The notes under the pieces: generated by a model
What the model was told of the DNA's origin: nothing
What the model saw: only the letters and a program-made list of their open reading frames with translations
Database searches by the model: none
Origin: Negaprion brevirostris
Lineage: Eukaryota
Direction: 5' to 3'
NCBI GenBank assembly: GCA_030324005.1
Contig: JARDVH010000154.1
Location: 4,066,362-4,130,361, forward strand
DNA length: 64,000 bases
Shown here: in pieces, positions 23,631 to 38,450 of the stretch
Position numbering within the stretch: position 1 is the first letter of the stretch
Layout: each line of letters opens with the position of its first letter
Program-made: the position numbers and the translations under genes

Positions 23631-23935
23631 AATCATAGAGTTCCTACAGAGCAGAAGCAGCCTACACCACCCCAACAATCCCAGTGAGGCTGTATCCCCG
23701 AAACACCACGCATTTACTGTGCTCAGCCCCCTGATCCTAAAGGGCAATTTAGCATGGCCAATCTACATAACCTGCCCATCTTTGGAGTCTGGGACAAAAC
23801 CGGAGCACCCAGAGGAAACCTTCGCAGACACGGGATGAATGTGCAAACTCAACATTGTCACCCGAGGCCAGAATTGAACCCGGGCAATTGGCGCTGTGAG
23901 GCAGCAGTGCTAACCACTGTGCCACGGTGCCGCCC
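23631..23935 (-). mobile_element. HE1-type elasmobranch tRNA-derived SINE
   Basis: Reverse complement of the GGCACGGTGGCACAGTGGTTAGCACTGCTGCCTCACAGCGCC head, internal CCGTGTCTGCG..GGTTTCCTC, and a CR1-type tail. Confidence 0.9.
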
Positions 23936-25609
23936 AGGCGCTGATTCAAATTTACATCCGTAACCAAATTTGTGATCATCTGCTCTTTTATCACCTCATG
24001 TGGCTCACGAGGGGCAATTCTATCTGTTAATTGCTCCTGAGAAGCTTATTTGGACGATTATAACATTAACAGTGCTTTATTTGTTGTTACATTCTGGGTA
24101 TAAGCGGATCAGTGTAAGTACAAAAGTATTTTGTGGCATCCCGAACTCTTTCAGTGGTGACTCTTTTTTCGATTGGATGGAAGGCAGCACATGGCCATTT
24201 CCACCTCAACAAATAAATGACTTCTGTTTAGTAATTCCAAGAATTGCTTGTTCCTTTAAATAACATTAGAATGCGAACTATATGAAATCAGCTGGATCCT
24301 TAAGTGGAATTAAATTCTGGCGCATCTGCTATTCTGGGCCTTTAGGGTCAGCCTGTAAAATTGGTAAGAAGAGAATTTGATCAGCTTGTCATGTGATGAT
24401 CCGCCACACAGTTTCCTCCTGATTCATAGATCAGAAATAGAAACAAGTGTAGAAGTGTTTANNNNNNNNNNTAATTTTCAGTGGAAATAATTAGGCACAT
24501 ACTTTAGGGAATTTTGCATTATCAGACGTTTTTTTACATGGCAATACGTCATTGATGAAGCAATTTGCAACGGAATGTCTATTAAACCAGTTTTACTAAT
24601 TTTTACATATTACACTGCGTTCCCAAATAAGGTGCCACAACGGTGGATCCACGAGACAGTTCTCATAATTGAAATATGTTTAACTTTATTACAACTAATA
24701 ATTCTAAGATTAATAATTAATAAACTGTTCGCTTTAAATATCTGTTGAGAGCCATCTGTGGGACAGTGGATCATTTGAGGTCCTTGGCTCGCCATCAGTC
24801 GGCCCGGGAGGCAATGGCACATTCCTCTTCTTGATATAATAATCTGTTTATGTCACCAAGTGTACCCAGTGTGCTCTGATTTTATGACTGAAAGCACGTA
24901 TAGTAAAGAAGTTAATGTGAAAAATGTGATAGAATGCCAGCAAGTCCGTGAATGTTTAACCTCAAAGCGCAGAAGGAACTTCATATGACCTGATGTGGCT
25001 TTTGCACCCTTCCGTCTTTTAACTAAATGGTCATAGGCCCAATTTCAGTTCACTTCTCGGCAGGCACTGATACACGAATTCTCAGGAAATTAAAATATCA
25101 TTAAAATAAAGATGCAATAAATTCATACATTGTCTTATAATTTTTAAACAAGGTGGAATTTATAAAAAGAGGTCTGGGCAGCGGATATGCCACTTGGGTA
25201 ATTACCTGCAATCTACCCTGAATCTGACCCTTCANNNNNNNNNNCAACGTTCATTCTCGGCATTACATTTAAGTCTCGATATAATTAATTAGGACCACCG
25301 ATACATTTTTCAATATACGATGCGTAAGTCGTTAACGATTCTGAGATATTACCTGGACAGCGTATTCGTTTTCCTGCAATGCAGTGCAATTCGGAGAAAG
25401 TCCTCATGACTAGACTGCTTCAGCATATCCGAGGATATCATTATTAAGTGCAACTTCATGGATTGTGATCGTAATGCACTAGCGCAACACTGTGATTCGA
25501 GCCTCGGTTGCCGATGTGAATAGACTGACAGCAAGATTGCCTACTACATATCTACTGTTCGTTTAAAAATTGCTTTTGTAACTTGCAGCATTGTTAAAGT
25601 GTTGTCCTT

Positions 25610-26120
25610 GAACTAGAATTACACAGAATCTGCAGCACAGATGCTTCTCATGATGCTCCACTCCACTTCCAAGTCAGACCCTACATCCCTTTCCCACCCC
25701 TTCTGTCTCAATGCTACTTCGTAAAGATATCGCTCCGAGATTCTTTCTCCCACCAGTTAATGACGGTCTTCTATTTGTACCCCTTAACTCAAGGGTAGGA
25801 GACTCCCCTCTCCCCACCCTATTGAACCCTACCCTAATTTTCGACCTTTCATCTTGTCTTCCCCCCGCCTCAACTTGTTCAGAGAAGAGATCGAGAATGT
25901 TCAATCTTGCCTCAAAATTGCATCTTCGCAATTCCAATAATATTCTTGTAAAAACTGTTAAACTTTCTCTGTGCAGCAATCTCATTTTTCAGTGTGGGAA
26001 TAATCCATATTTGGTCTAACAAAGGTTCTATTTTCATTTATCATTATCTTCTGCGTTTGTGCTTAATTATCTACTGGTGCACCCCAATATTTTTGTTTGC
26101 AATCTTCATAGTGCTAGAGA
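25610..26120 (-). mobile_element. old CR1-type LINE 3' remnant
   Basis: A tail-like tagaattacacagaatc followed by degenerate reverse-strand ORF2 3' similarity (tttggtctaacaaaggttct). Confidence 0.45.
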
Positions 26121-26502
26121 CTTGTCTTGCTACTTTTAGTGATGCATGCACCCATAATGCCCAAACGTATTTGTCATGCAACAAATTCCTGCAGAACTAC
26201 ACTGTCCACTTACTGCCGGGCCGAGAATCTTCATGTTACTTCTATTCTGTCTTCTAATTTTTGGCCATCTTTCAATTCATGTTATGTGGCCCCTGGATCC
26301 ACACAACTTGATGTTTGTCAAAAGCCCAATTTGTGGGACCTTCTCAAAAACATTAAAAAAGCCCAAATGTCCAATTGCTTGCTTTTGTCTATTCTTCAAT
26401 AATTCAAGAGGGTGGTTTAAACGCGATTCTCCTTTTTCGAAATAAATGCTGCTGAATATCTTGTTAACTGATTTTTTAAAACAAATCTTCTGGTATTATT
26501 TT

Positions 26503-26820
26503 GGGCGACACGGTCGCACAGTGGTTAGCACTGCTGCTTCACAGCTCCAGGGACCTGGGTTCGAGTCCCGACTTGGGTCACTGACTGTGTGGAGTTTGCA
26601 CATTCTCCCCGTGTCTGCATGGGTTTCCTCCGGGTGCTCTGGTTTCCTCCCACAATCCAAAGATGTGCGGGTTGGGTTGATTGGACATGCTAAATTGCCA
26701 AATGTCAGGGGGTTGGCAGGGTAAATAAGTGGGCTAATGGAAATAAGACCTTGATAGGAATGTGGTCGGTGCACACTCGATGAGCTAAATGGCCATTTTC
26801 TGCACTGTAGGGATTCAATG
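26503..26820 (+). mobile_element. HE1-type SINE, full length
   Basis: A-box-like cagtggttagcactgctgc, B-box ggttcgagtccc, conserved body, and tail tctgcactgtagggattc. Confidence 0.92.
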
Positions 26821-27684
26821 CAATTATATCTCGGCCAGAGGGACCCTCGATGGTCAGCATCAAGATTTCATTAAATATTAATATTCAGAAACTTTGCAAT
26901 TCAGCATGTTAAAACATGCTGTTTTATAGCTCCACAGGAGAGATAGTGACAGTGTGCCTTTCCTATTGTTCATGACACCAATTCCTGTTATGATAAACCT
27001 GTTTAGCAACTTGTAGTTTAAGCCGCATTCTAGTGAGATGTCAAAGAGCATGTGAGGACATATTTATATAACTGGTAATCCCAACAATGGATCAATTGAC
27101 CCAGGCACTTGATATCAATTACCAAGTTTCTGGCAGATAGAGTTACATTCTAGGTCATAGAGAAGGAGGGCAGGAATGGTGCGAGATGCCCAGGCCACAA
27201 GGGAACAAGCATCCTCCATGTTTACCCACACCAACACCACAGTCTGTCAGTAAATGCAAACAGTGTGAAATGTCATGAGTACGGATCCAGAACGGTAGCA
27301 TAATTCTTTTAGCAAAGTAGCTGTCTGTAATTAACTAGATATTTTTGTGTTAGTTGTAATTTGGCACCTGAGTGCAGCTTTTGCTTTCAATAATAAACAT
27401 ATATGCCAACTATCAGAGCTTCACAAAAATAGTCAGCATTTCTGCAACTGTATTGACTTGTCAGCAGAAATAACCATCGCCACAAAGACAGAATCATAGT
27501 CGATTCTGTACATTGAAAAATGTACCATGCAGAGTCCAAAATCACAATTTCCAAAAGGGGATCCTCTTAATAAATGCATCTTGTATCTTCCAGATATTTC
27601 CAAATTCAACATTGCAAAAAGTATCCTTCAGTTTTCCCCTGCATGAGTACTTAGGTGCGCCTGCAGCTTAAGACAGGTCAAATC

Positions 27685-27785
27685 TACGGGTGGAATTTAC
27701 AATTCCATCACGGCTGGAACAGGGCCATAAAATGCGGCGAACCATTCAAAAGTCCATTGATTTCAGGCTGTAAAATTCCCAGTGT
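27685..27785. mobile_element. short MITE-like element
   Basis: Imperfect terminal inverted repeats ggaatttac / gtaaaattcc. Confidence 0.35.
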
Positions 27786-28484
27786 AACTCCTTTTGTTCA
27801 TGTGACAAGAGTTTTGGTTCTCAGAGACTAACTGGATGGAATTGTAGATGTGGTGATTTCAGATACTGGGGGCACAGGATCCTGTGTGTTGGCCTGGTGC
27901 TACCTCCCAACCCACATTCTCTAACTGGCTAGTGGGCAGCATTCCCTATGGCCTGAACAATTCCTAGACAGAAGTGTGGGGATATGCCTAGAAAAATAAA
28001 GTAAGTTCAACATCGCTGAAACTAAAATGTCAAATACCCATCCTCTTTAACATCAAGGTTGGTAAGGAAGCCTCTGGAGGAGTCCAGAAACAGATACCTT
28101 ACATCAATGGGGAAGTAGAAAGAGCGCAGGTTAGCATGATCAGGCTGGGGACACGGAGGTTCTGTCAATCTTAACAGCAGAAGCGCATTTGAATAACTTG
28201 CTGCCAAATTCCACCTGGAAGCTAGTCAAGTTGACAGTCCGTCCAGTAAGTGGGAGCACACACAAGCAGCAAGAGTCCAGAATTGGGGTCTCATAGGAAT
28301 AATCCCATGACAATTATTGGGGACTTTGGCACAACTGGGGGCAGGGCTGAGTATGTCTTGAGATGACTGGTAGGAGGGGGAGAGGCTGGTGCAAGACAGC
28401 CAAAGAGTTCCTTGTGAAGCCCAGAGGAGAACTCCTGCCCCCTCCACTTGTCTTCTGGGTCTCCTCTGGGTGAAGACAGTTTTT

Positions 28485-28965
28485 TTAAAGTTTACTTATT
28501 AGTGTCTCAAGTAGGTTCCCATTAACACTGCAATGAAGTTACTGTGAGAATCCCTTAGTTGCCACACTCTGGAACTTGTTTGGGTACACCGAGGGAGAAT
28601 TTTAGCCTGGACAATGCACCTAACCAGGACGTCTTTCGGATTGAGGGAGGAACATAAGAACATAAGAACATAAGAAATAGGAGCAGGAGTAGGCCATCTA
28701 GCCCCTCGAGCCTGCCCTGCCATTCNNNNNNNNNNNNNNNNNNNNNNNNNNNNNNNNNNNNNNNNNNNNNNNNNNNNNNNNNNNNNNNNNNNNNNNNNNN
28801 NNNNNNNNNNNNNNNNNNNNNNNNNATTGCCCCTTAGTGTCCTGGATTGTGTAGGTTAGAGGGATTAGTTGGTAATATATGGGGATTGGACCTGGGTGGG
28901 ATTGTGGTCGGTGCAGACTCGGTGGGCCGAATGGCCTCTTTCTGTGCTGTAGGGTTTCTATGATT
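28485..28965. mobile_element. cluster of SINE 3' fragment (-), CR1 tail (-) and HE1 SINE 3' half (+) around a gap
   Basis: aagtttacttattagtgtc..., (aacataag)3 aaataggagcaggagtaggcc, and ttgccccttagtgtcc...gggtttctatg. Confidence 0.8.
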
Positions 28966-31900
28966 ATTCCTACCACTGATGTTAAGGTATAATCCTTTTT
29001 TCTGTGGTTAATAATTCCCCCAACTCATTCCAACACACATTTTGGATTGTATTTGGCATTCGTAATTCTACTGGATCTGTTCCATTTCTTTATGTTTTAT
29101 CCCAATTTGGCTTTTAATAGTTCTGATATCTGCTTTCTATGTAACAGGATATCTACAGCCATAATCCATCTGGACCTGGAGAATTGCCACACTTGTGTTT
29201 GCCTAGTGTCTCCTTTCTCTCCAATCAACTGTTGGAATAACATGGAGTTTTGCTGAATTAACATTGTGCAACATGCTTGTGCACTGGTTTATGATGTGAA
29301 ATGTATAAGTTCCCTATTCTTGGAAACCTATGTATAGTTAATACATAGCACTTGCAATGGTTGTACAAAACAGAACATGGAACCGCATAAGCAAGCACTT
29401 GCCCATAAAAGTGTTGCAAAACTCCAATGCCTACAAAGTTAAATTCAAACAGATCGCGAGATGGTAGGAAAGGGTTGTGAGAGAGGGAGGGAGTGCTGTG
29501 CACACTTGGAGGGGGGAGATTGTTGTGGGTGTGACTGTTTATACATTTACGTTCCCAATATGGGCAAAAGTTTGTTTTCCCCAAATTAACTTAGAATTTT
29601 CCACTGATGAATACGTTTCCAGTATGTTACATAGATTGAGAAATTGAACATTTAAAGAGTCCCGAACAATCGTTTATTAGGAATATCTTTGGAATTTTAC
29701 TTCTATTTAAAGGATCAGAACATATCCTACTTTTCTTATTCAATGAATATCTTGCGTTGACATTGCTCCCGATTCAAACATTTATCGCATCCTGAAATTG
29801 CATTGTGGAATTGTGTTTATCTAACATTAAAGATCTTGAAGTTCACGCGCAACTTTGAATGCAATACAACGTAATCTTTCGTGCAACAAATTTTCCTTTG
29901 GGATTGTAGGAAAGAATAAATATTATTAATTTTTTTTCTTAATTTTCAGTACTTTCCTATTTTGAGAAACATTATATTCAATTCTGCAATCTAGTATTCT
30001 TACCAAGCTTCTTTTCTTTCTGATATGGGCGACTTTAAAGCCTAATTGTCCTGCACCGCGCTTAAATGGAAATGGGGGGGAGGGTTTCATTAACTGGGAT
30101 CATTTAAATTGTGTTTTGTATCATTTAAACATCGATACACACGGTTTGACTTTTTTAGTAGAATTAATGCTGAAAGGAAACAATGTAATATACGGCGTCC
30201 GTTGTGAAAATGCAATATTCGGAAGGTGTAGCAAGTTAAGCATTTCCGTGAATCGTTGCTTTATCGCTTTAAAACGTTTCTTGAAGTGCGCCATGGGCTT
30301 TAAATCTATTGTATTGAATATTAAAGCGTGAAGTTGCTTTTCAGCGATCAAAAAATATGAACTTTATTTCCTGTTGACCATCCATGCTGCAGTCCATGTG
30401 GTTTCAAAACTAATTCTGGTCTAATACAAATGTATCTACATTATTAATATTTGTGGGTAAGTTTATACAACCGAGGAATTTCGGTGTAATCCACAAGCTG
30501 AATGTAGATATCTAAGAGAACGCGAGTGCCCTCACACTCAAGACTGAATGTTGAATTCAACTTAATGCGAGGTTTGTCTTGTCAGCGTTTAAAGTTATTT
30601 AGAACCACAGGGCTTTCGACAGTCCCACCTACAGACGAGCTGATTTGTCAAGTTANNNNNNNNNNAAAACTCAGCTTGCAAGTGAATAATTTTGAACCAG
30701 CATAATTGCTGATTAAAGACCAATAAAAATGTGTTCCAGAATAGAGACCGTAGCTACCTTATTGGGGTGGGGGTGCGCAACAGGCCGCTAAAATCGGCAT
30801 CTCCACTGCAATGTGTTCAATCGATCGATTTTTAAATAAAAAAAAGTGTTTCTTCCAGTCCGAAATTGAACTTGTCTGTTACTTTCTTTTACTCACCCAA
30901 CAATGATAAGAATTTCGACTTATCGCGTCAAATAAACTTCAGATTCCTGGAGTAAAAGCTGTTGCCCCTTTGTTTATGTTCAGTTGGGAAATCTTTCGCC
31001 CTCGCTCCAATTTTGCTGTTTGTTATAAGAGGCACCCCAGCCTCTGTCTCTTTTTTTCGTCAGCCAGTTGTCTGTTCGCACATAAAATGTATACAGACAG
31101 GCAATAAAGTGTCTGGCTGCCGTGTACCCTCTTTATACAATGCCTTGAAAAACCATTGGTTTTAAAATTCTGCAACGGTGCAAGGTATTTCTGCTTTCTA
31201 CCCGCATTTACATGTCATAATCTCTGCATACTTTTGGAAATGTTAAAACTTTGCTGCTTTGGTGAATGGATATTTTAAAACAACTCTAAAAAATACAAAC
31301 AGCGTCACTGTAAAAACAAGGTTGTAAATTGTACTTGATCGTGGTGTTTCGTGAGAGGTTATCAAAGTTAAAGCACCAAAGGATAATTTAACTTGCAATT
31401 ATTCCATACGGGTAAAATCTTCAGATTTTAAAATACAGGATTGATAAACAAGGAGATGTGTCTTATTTGAATTTTGTTGCCTCGGCCAGCACTCTGGGCA
31501 GTTTATGACCGTATCTGGGGCGACTGGCTGCAAAGGAGTGAACTTCTCTTGTTATTTCTGTCGCGCAATTGTTTTCCCTCCTGCAGCTTCTAACCTTGAA
31601 ACGATTCCAGACTTAAACTTTATTTCCTGGACGCATTCCCCTGTGGAACTTAGGTGTCTCTCATTCTGAGCGGATGTTTATTTGAGTGAAAGTTTAACGC
31701 GTTTGGAAACTCAAGCGAAGTGATTCTATGACAGTCTTGTCTCCTGCAATCTTTTTCCTGGTGGTGATCATAGAAGCCCGTTTCTTTTTTCGAAGGGGCA
31801 AGGTCTAGTTAATACAAGTAAATCTGCATGGTCAACATACGTTGCCAATGAACACGTTAAAAACACCACCTAAAATCAAAAGGATCTGTCTCTGCAGTTT

Positions 31901-34900
31901 GGAGTGCCAGGTAATTCAAAAAATCTGAATCTGGACTATCTTTAGGCCCAACTACAATATTTACTATTCATTTGTATTTTTTTCACTTTTAAGGACAATC
32001 TTTATGGCCTCGCGTGACAATGTCGTTCAAGGTAGCGAGCCACGTGACGGCTGTATGAACATGTGATATGGTAAAGNNNNNNNNNNNNNNNNNNNNNNNN
32101 NNCCTTCGGAGCCAACATTGGTTCGGTGGCAATGCAAAGTCTGCAGCTTTTAAAACAGACGCTGTTGCTATCTTTTATTGTTGCCTTTGTAGTGGTGTTG
32201 ATTTGAAGTGGTAACCAGCTAACAACAGAACATAAATATTCGTTTGAAAATGCTCCTGCTAAGTTCGTTGCTCAGCTCTTGAAACTATCGAGTAAAAAAT
32301 GCCCATTTTGTTGTAAAGGCCTGTTGTAGGCGATTGTCCCTTTAATAAAAATAATCTTGGCAGAATCTTGGACATTCACTGAATAGCTATTTCAAAACAT
32401 CCCCTAATTATTTATTTCACTAAATTGTTTGCCAAAGTACCATACAATTTTTATGGATCGTGATATTTGATTTCCAATGTTCTTTCCAGGTGACTTGAGC
32501 AATCTGTCTTCCCAAGGAACAGTAGTTAATTTGTACCAGTCTGGCTGTTGTACAATAATTTTAATTACAATTCTATTGAGACGAAGTAATCCAACTAAAA
32601 ATAAATGTTCCAGCAAGAGCGTGCAAGTATTACCTTGTGATTGCCACTGTTCTGCCAATCAAGCATGTAGAATGTGGCATAAATCTCTTTGTTTATTTTC
32701 TCTTGAAATTGAAGGCAAAACTGCAACAGAAGCTTTGAAATATGGATTACCTCCTGAGACTTATTTAAACTTTTCGTTGTGGAATGCGTTCCTCTTTTTA
32801 TATTAAGGACCCGTTTTATTCCCCACATTGCAAGAAAGGGAATTGCTCCATATTTCATTATATTGGCTTGGCTCGCACACATTTGCTTAGAAGCTTTTAC
32901 TGAACTCAGCCTTTTCTCTTGTGAGCGGGGTGGGGCGGGGGTCGCTAATGCACCTTTATAGTTAGTTGTATCCGCGAAAAATAATTAATTGAAGTAAAAT
33001 AAAGGAACACAGAAGAATATCATTCATTCATCTGTATGTCGTTGAGTGCAGCATAAATTTGAAACTGGGTTTATTTTTAATTGCAGTTTATTGAAGAGGT
33101 TTGATGCAGGCCTGCGGCTTAAACCCGACAATAATGAAAAGTTGCAATCATCTGAAAAATAACTCGATACTTAGAGCTAATTAGAGTACTGCGCCACAGC
33201 AAAAGAGCAATCTTGGGAACTCAGCTGAGGTGAGCTGAAATAGGCTTGAAAAATTGTCGGTATCGAAAACAATCAATAGAAATATTAGTTATTTTTCGGG
33301 AAGAGTGGCCAAGACATATAATGTTCAGTAAAGATTGGGGTATATATCCTTCAGAATCGCGGTTCATATCGTTATATGTTTTGTGAGCATTTTTTTTGCC
33401 GATGCTCTGGAAAATGATATTCGATGCCCATACCAACATCGAAACGAACCAATTAATTAACCTACAAATAAATTGCCGAGTTCAGACGTGCTTCTCCATG
33501 CACTTGGAGCACCCATCACACACCAAGGTCATTATTATTTGAGCTCCATAGAAATGATTACAAAAGAAATTTAACTCTCAATTAGATCCAGGCACAAAAA
33601 TACCTGAAGCGGCCGTTTCAGCTATTTCACTGATACCTAAACATGTATCTTATTTTAACTCTGCATTAATAATGCCCTCCTAGAAAAGAAGTGAAGGCCT
33701 CCTCAAAAATAAACATCTCAAACATTTTTTCACCGGCTTACTGTTTATATTATTACATCAAATTCCTTTTTGCGAAAAAACTCTATGCATAAGATCACTC
33801 CTTCTAAAACACCTCAGAAAACTGGAAGTTGGGAAATTTTCTGCTTTCAGAAGAAGTTTTAAAATGTAATATTTGTTACAATTAAATACGGGTCGACACA
33901 GAAAAGGTGGCAGACAATGTCCGCAAACATTAACATCAGATTAATCTAAAATTGTAGCGTTGGTGAGAACATCTCAATAAATGATATATAGGTATGATAA
34001 CCGTAACATTGTGTTAGTTGACATTAGTTCTGGTAACAGAAAAGGATGGAATTCAAGAAGGAGATTAAGGATCTGACTTATCCTGGAATAAGATCAGCAG
34101 ATCAGTTGACATTGGTGGTGACAAGAGGCCTGCTAACTCTTCATTTACACTTGAAACCTTCGCCTAAGTTTTACTACTTACAGTTTGCGTGGTTTTCTGT
34201 GTAATTTGAGCATGTTGCATTTAATTTCAGTGTTTAACATTACTCGGTCATTACCCCTGTGGATGAAACTGTTTTGCACGAAATCAGTGTTTAGAAACGA
34301 CAGATTTTCATAAACAGAAATAAATAACTTTAAATGCATCATAAACACGACAAAATCGTCTAGTTAATATCGCATGATTTAATAGGCCAGGTTAATGTGA
34401 CAGGGTGGCTTTTGCGTTCTAATGGCTACCCCTGAAAGAAGGCTTTAGCAATGCAGGGTGCTCACACTCACAAACTTCGATCGCCATTATTGTATCGCAA
34501 TATTCTAGCACTCATAGGGAAGACATAATAAGCATTTTAACGAATATGATTCTCTCTCTCATTAAAGCAACTACAATTTGAGTTAGCTATTTTCCCCGCC
34601 ATACAATCAGAGTTTATCTATTCTCACCCTGCGTATCTTCGACAGGTTAATAGTATTTTTAGATGTAATTTTGCAATTAAATTCTACACGCGTTTTAGGG
34701 ATCAGAAACATATCATCTACGAAGCAAATTGCAGCATGTTTTAACAGCAGCTCCTGTTGTACAAGTATACTTGTTCCCGATCTGAATTTTAATGATTTAG
34801 CTCGTTCAGAACTATCCTTCCATTTCAACCCAAACGGATCAATGAACGCAGATTGGTGCAACAGGGGAGATTGCATCAGAAGATAAAATGCTTACAGACT

Positions 34901-37049
34901 GTTTCCACAATTCGTACAAGACACACTGTTTCTTACCCATTCCAAAAAATAAATTGGAGTGAATAACGAACAAATTCATGCCGATTTATATTCAGCTCCG
35001 CAGGAATGAGGTCCATAACAACCGCTTTTCGGTCAAGGTGAAAAAGGTCCCACAAAAATTTCAACGTCGGCGAAAAAAGAAAAAGAATAATTTTTTTATT
35101 GTAAGGCGGTGATCGCTGATTTTCCTTCCTCTTTTTAAAACAAAAGGTCAACGCGAGGAACGAAGCCGCACCATCAAGTACCCAAAGAGTTAAACTTAAA
35201 TGGAGGAAGTCGATTAAAAGATGATTCGCTGACACCAATTATAGGGTTTCAAAATCGTGGTAACAATTCTAAGGTAAACGAGGGAGGTGAGAAGTTACAC
35301 GGTTCAGGAACTGCAAAGGAAACCAGTGAAAGAGTGTCGAAGATGCGGGGAGAAGGAATAAAGGCAGGAAGCACACACTTATAGCTTAGAAAAATAAGCA
35401 AGAGAACTTCATAGATGCAATGATCATAGCAGAAAGGCAGACAAAGACTATAAACACCAGGATGAATGAATCACTTACTGTTACTAGGTTTATATACTGG
35501 AAGCAATTAAAGACAAAAGAGTTGATGTGATTCATTTTACATCGCGCAGCGTTGAACTTGAATCTGCAAGAATAGAAATACAAGGCGTCAGCATTCACGC
35601 AATGTATGCGCATCGTGTTAACTCTTTCGGTGCTCGGAATTCGAATTTCCAATTTACATTAGTTGCAAACGTTTTATTTTTCATCTTAAGATGTACTACA
35701 AAGTTTCTGGACTTTGTTGCTGTTTGGACGATGCTGCATAGTCATAAAGAGCCAAATCCTTTGGTGATAAATTTCAATCATTAGAATATCTCTTGTGACA
35801 CACACCAGCTGCGGAGATGTGCCCAATGTATGTTTCAGTATAAACTCACACACGCAAGTACATGAAGATTTTGCCTCACGAACAAGCAAGTACAATCTCT
35901 CACATAAAAATATATATTCTAGTAGCCAGATGCACAGGTAGACAAATACAATATTAGCCCATATCTCCCAGAAAGACGTGAAGATAGAATACACATACTC
36001 TGTCAAATATAAAGACATGGGTATAGAAATGTTTGCCTATCACCGATCTGTTTACTTCCAGTATCATTATATAAAAGAAAAGTTAACGTGGAGGATATCA
36101 ACCTAAAATATAAAAGCTGGACAGGGAAACTAATTACAAAGTTAAATGAATATTTTCCAGAAACATTCACTAAGAAACACACATTAAGCATACAATTCTT
36201 ATCTTACTTCAAGTAACAGAAGTTTGTAGTTATTAAGATCGAGCTACTTGCCAATTAAAAGGAATTTTTAAAACAAGTTATTTGGAACAAATGGCATGAA
36301 CCTTGCGGATTTTGAAGCCTACGACAGACGAAATTTACTTGGCAACATCTGCCAGCATGAACGCATCACTGAGCACTGCGGAGGTTTCAAAGCATTGCTA
36401 GTGGCTGGTTTTGCAGAAAAGGCCACTGATTATATCTAACGAAGAACTCGCTCAATAGCCGAATGCTAATAATCACTAAAATCATCGAATGGCGAAGCTG
36501 GAGGATTATCTGCAGAGAAAGAACACCAAAATCAAAACGCACTCGCGATCATGTTGGATCTTATCATCTGGCAATGTCTCAGTTGAATTGTCAGACATTG
36601 TTAAACAAGTGACACACCATGAAGTACATAGCAGCACATTTACTGTTGTGATTTACACATGTTTTAATACGAATGAACACTGCATAAAGGGTTAATTTAT
36701 GAGGGCACGTTTCATATGCTTGGCTAGTATTGCCTTGAATTTGGAAGATTGAGGGGTATACTAATCAAGGCATTTAAACGATTAAAGAGTTCGGTACAGC
36801 TGATGTATATTGTATTATCTGGTGGAGGAAAAGAACAGGCCGACGCAATCCTAAAATTCGACACATTTAGGACTGAAATCAGAAAACAATTATTGGAAAT
36901 CTCTACCCGAACTAATGGTGGATTCTGGTTCAATTTACATTTTCGAGACTGAGTGATAGATTTTTCTTGGATTAAACATCAACACAAATACAAAAAATGG
37001 AGGTAGACGTAACTTGATTTAAATATTCGGCCTGGGATGGAAAGGTTGA

Positions 37050-38450
37050 ACGGTCTTTCTACTATTTCGCCAACATTTCGGAATCCTTTGAAGATGTTGA
37101 AAGCGCAATAGTGAAAAGTTGGCTATTATTTATGTGGAACCTTCTGAATGCTTTTGACAACGTTCCAGACGGAAAGCTTTTATTAACCTAAAACAAACAG
37201 AAGGTCGAGGGTATGGATAAGGTGTTGGTTATAAAATAGGAAACCGGATGCTCATTTCAACTGGGGGAAATTATAGACATTCCAAAAGATTAATGCGGAG
37301 ATTAGCCAATTTACACGAATTGCTTGGATATCAAAACATATCTGGTTTGGTGAAATAGTTAAAGCAGGAGAAAGGGATTTGCAGAAATATTAACATCGTT
37401 ACGAAACTGAATAGGAAATGCAAACGTTACTTAAACACAGATAACTATATTACATATTGATTAAATGTCCATCACGCATATGCAATATTTGCAACAGGGC
37501 CATCGGAATAAGAAGTAGACAATTGCTATGGTTGGAAATTTCCTGTTTTGCAGAAGTACAAATCCAGCGCTATTTGGCGGCCCAAGATCTGAGCCTTCTA
37601 TAATATGAGGTTTCAAACTCATCCCATTGTGTATAGGGACAAAACTTCGTCTTGCCCAGGTTCATATATAAACATGCGCATTACACAGTCCTACAGATTG
37701 TACCGAACATCCAAGACAAAGCTATAACAGAATAGAGGAAAATACAAAATAAATAAAACTGTTGGCTTCCGAATGTTCATTACATTTTGCTTTACAATGT
37801 AACTATGCAACTACCCATGCGAAATGTGCGCATAGTCTATATAGTTGATTTTTCTGTGCCAGTGCGAGGTGACTAAATTAGTTTCATTCTAACTTGAGCC
37901 CCATACAGCTAATTCCAACTGAGGTTAACCTTAGACGATGCTTGTAGTCTAATCGCAGCCTTTGAAATTAGGAAGGATAGTCGACTTGCCACTCTAGAAG
38001 CCAAAGCAATTCCCAAAGCAATTTAATAAAAAAATGCTCCGATATTTATCCAGAAGGATGTATTTAGAAGTTATACGGAGTCCTTACAGCCTACGGGTCA
38101 GATGTCACTTGCAAAATTGTGTTCTGGCCACAGCTTCACAAAAACATATACAATAGAGATGCTGTGGAACAAAACAACAAGAATATGCTAAATCCAGAGC
38201 GGGATGAGCTGTGAGGGAAGATTGGAGATGCTCAAATTTTGTAATCTAGGAATAAGTTAAAGCCAGGCGTTATGGAAGAGTTTAATGGTAGTGATTATAT
38301 AAATTAGGGACATTACTCCCGTAGAGTGCAGGAAATGAGAGTCAGAGGATATGCAATTCAATTAGATTTCTTGAAGAAATAGAATTGAACATTAGAGAAA
38401 GAATAATAAATGCTTCCAAGAATCTGCGAGGTGATATAATGAGATAATAT
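37050..38450 (+). mobile_element. highly decayed CR1 RT fragments
   Basis: atgcttttgacaacgttcca...gcttttatt resembles AFDKVPHxRLL, and 38060-38130 resembles the LYKxLVRPHLEYCV region. Confidence 0.45.

Noticed and set aside
23880-23935. tRNA-like A/B-box sequences (also 26503-26575, 53275-53345, 59201-59300)
   Set aside because: Heads of tRNA-derived SINEs followed by SINE bodies; no complete cloverleaf.
24004-24017. CTCF-like CTCACGAGGGGCA (also 22983-22997 and 7666-7681)
   Set aside because: Core spacing is off by one base, or the 5' half is mismatched.
34607-35238. Faint Hox12-like words in minus-strand ORFs (KKRK..PYNK, AEL..INR; LLHQSAFIDP..KFRSG)
   Set aside because: Spacing is wrong, there is no WFQN helix, and the exon-1-like words lie downstream of the exon-2-like words; consistent with chance.
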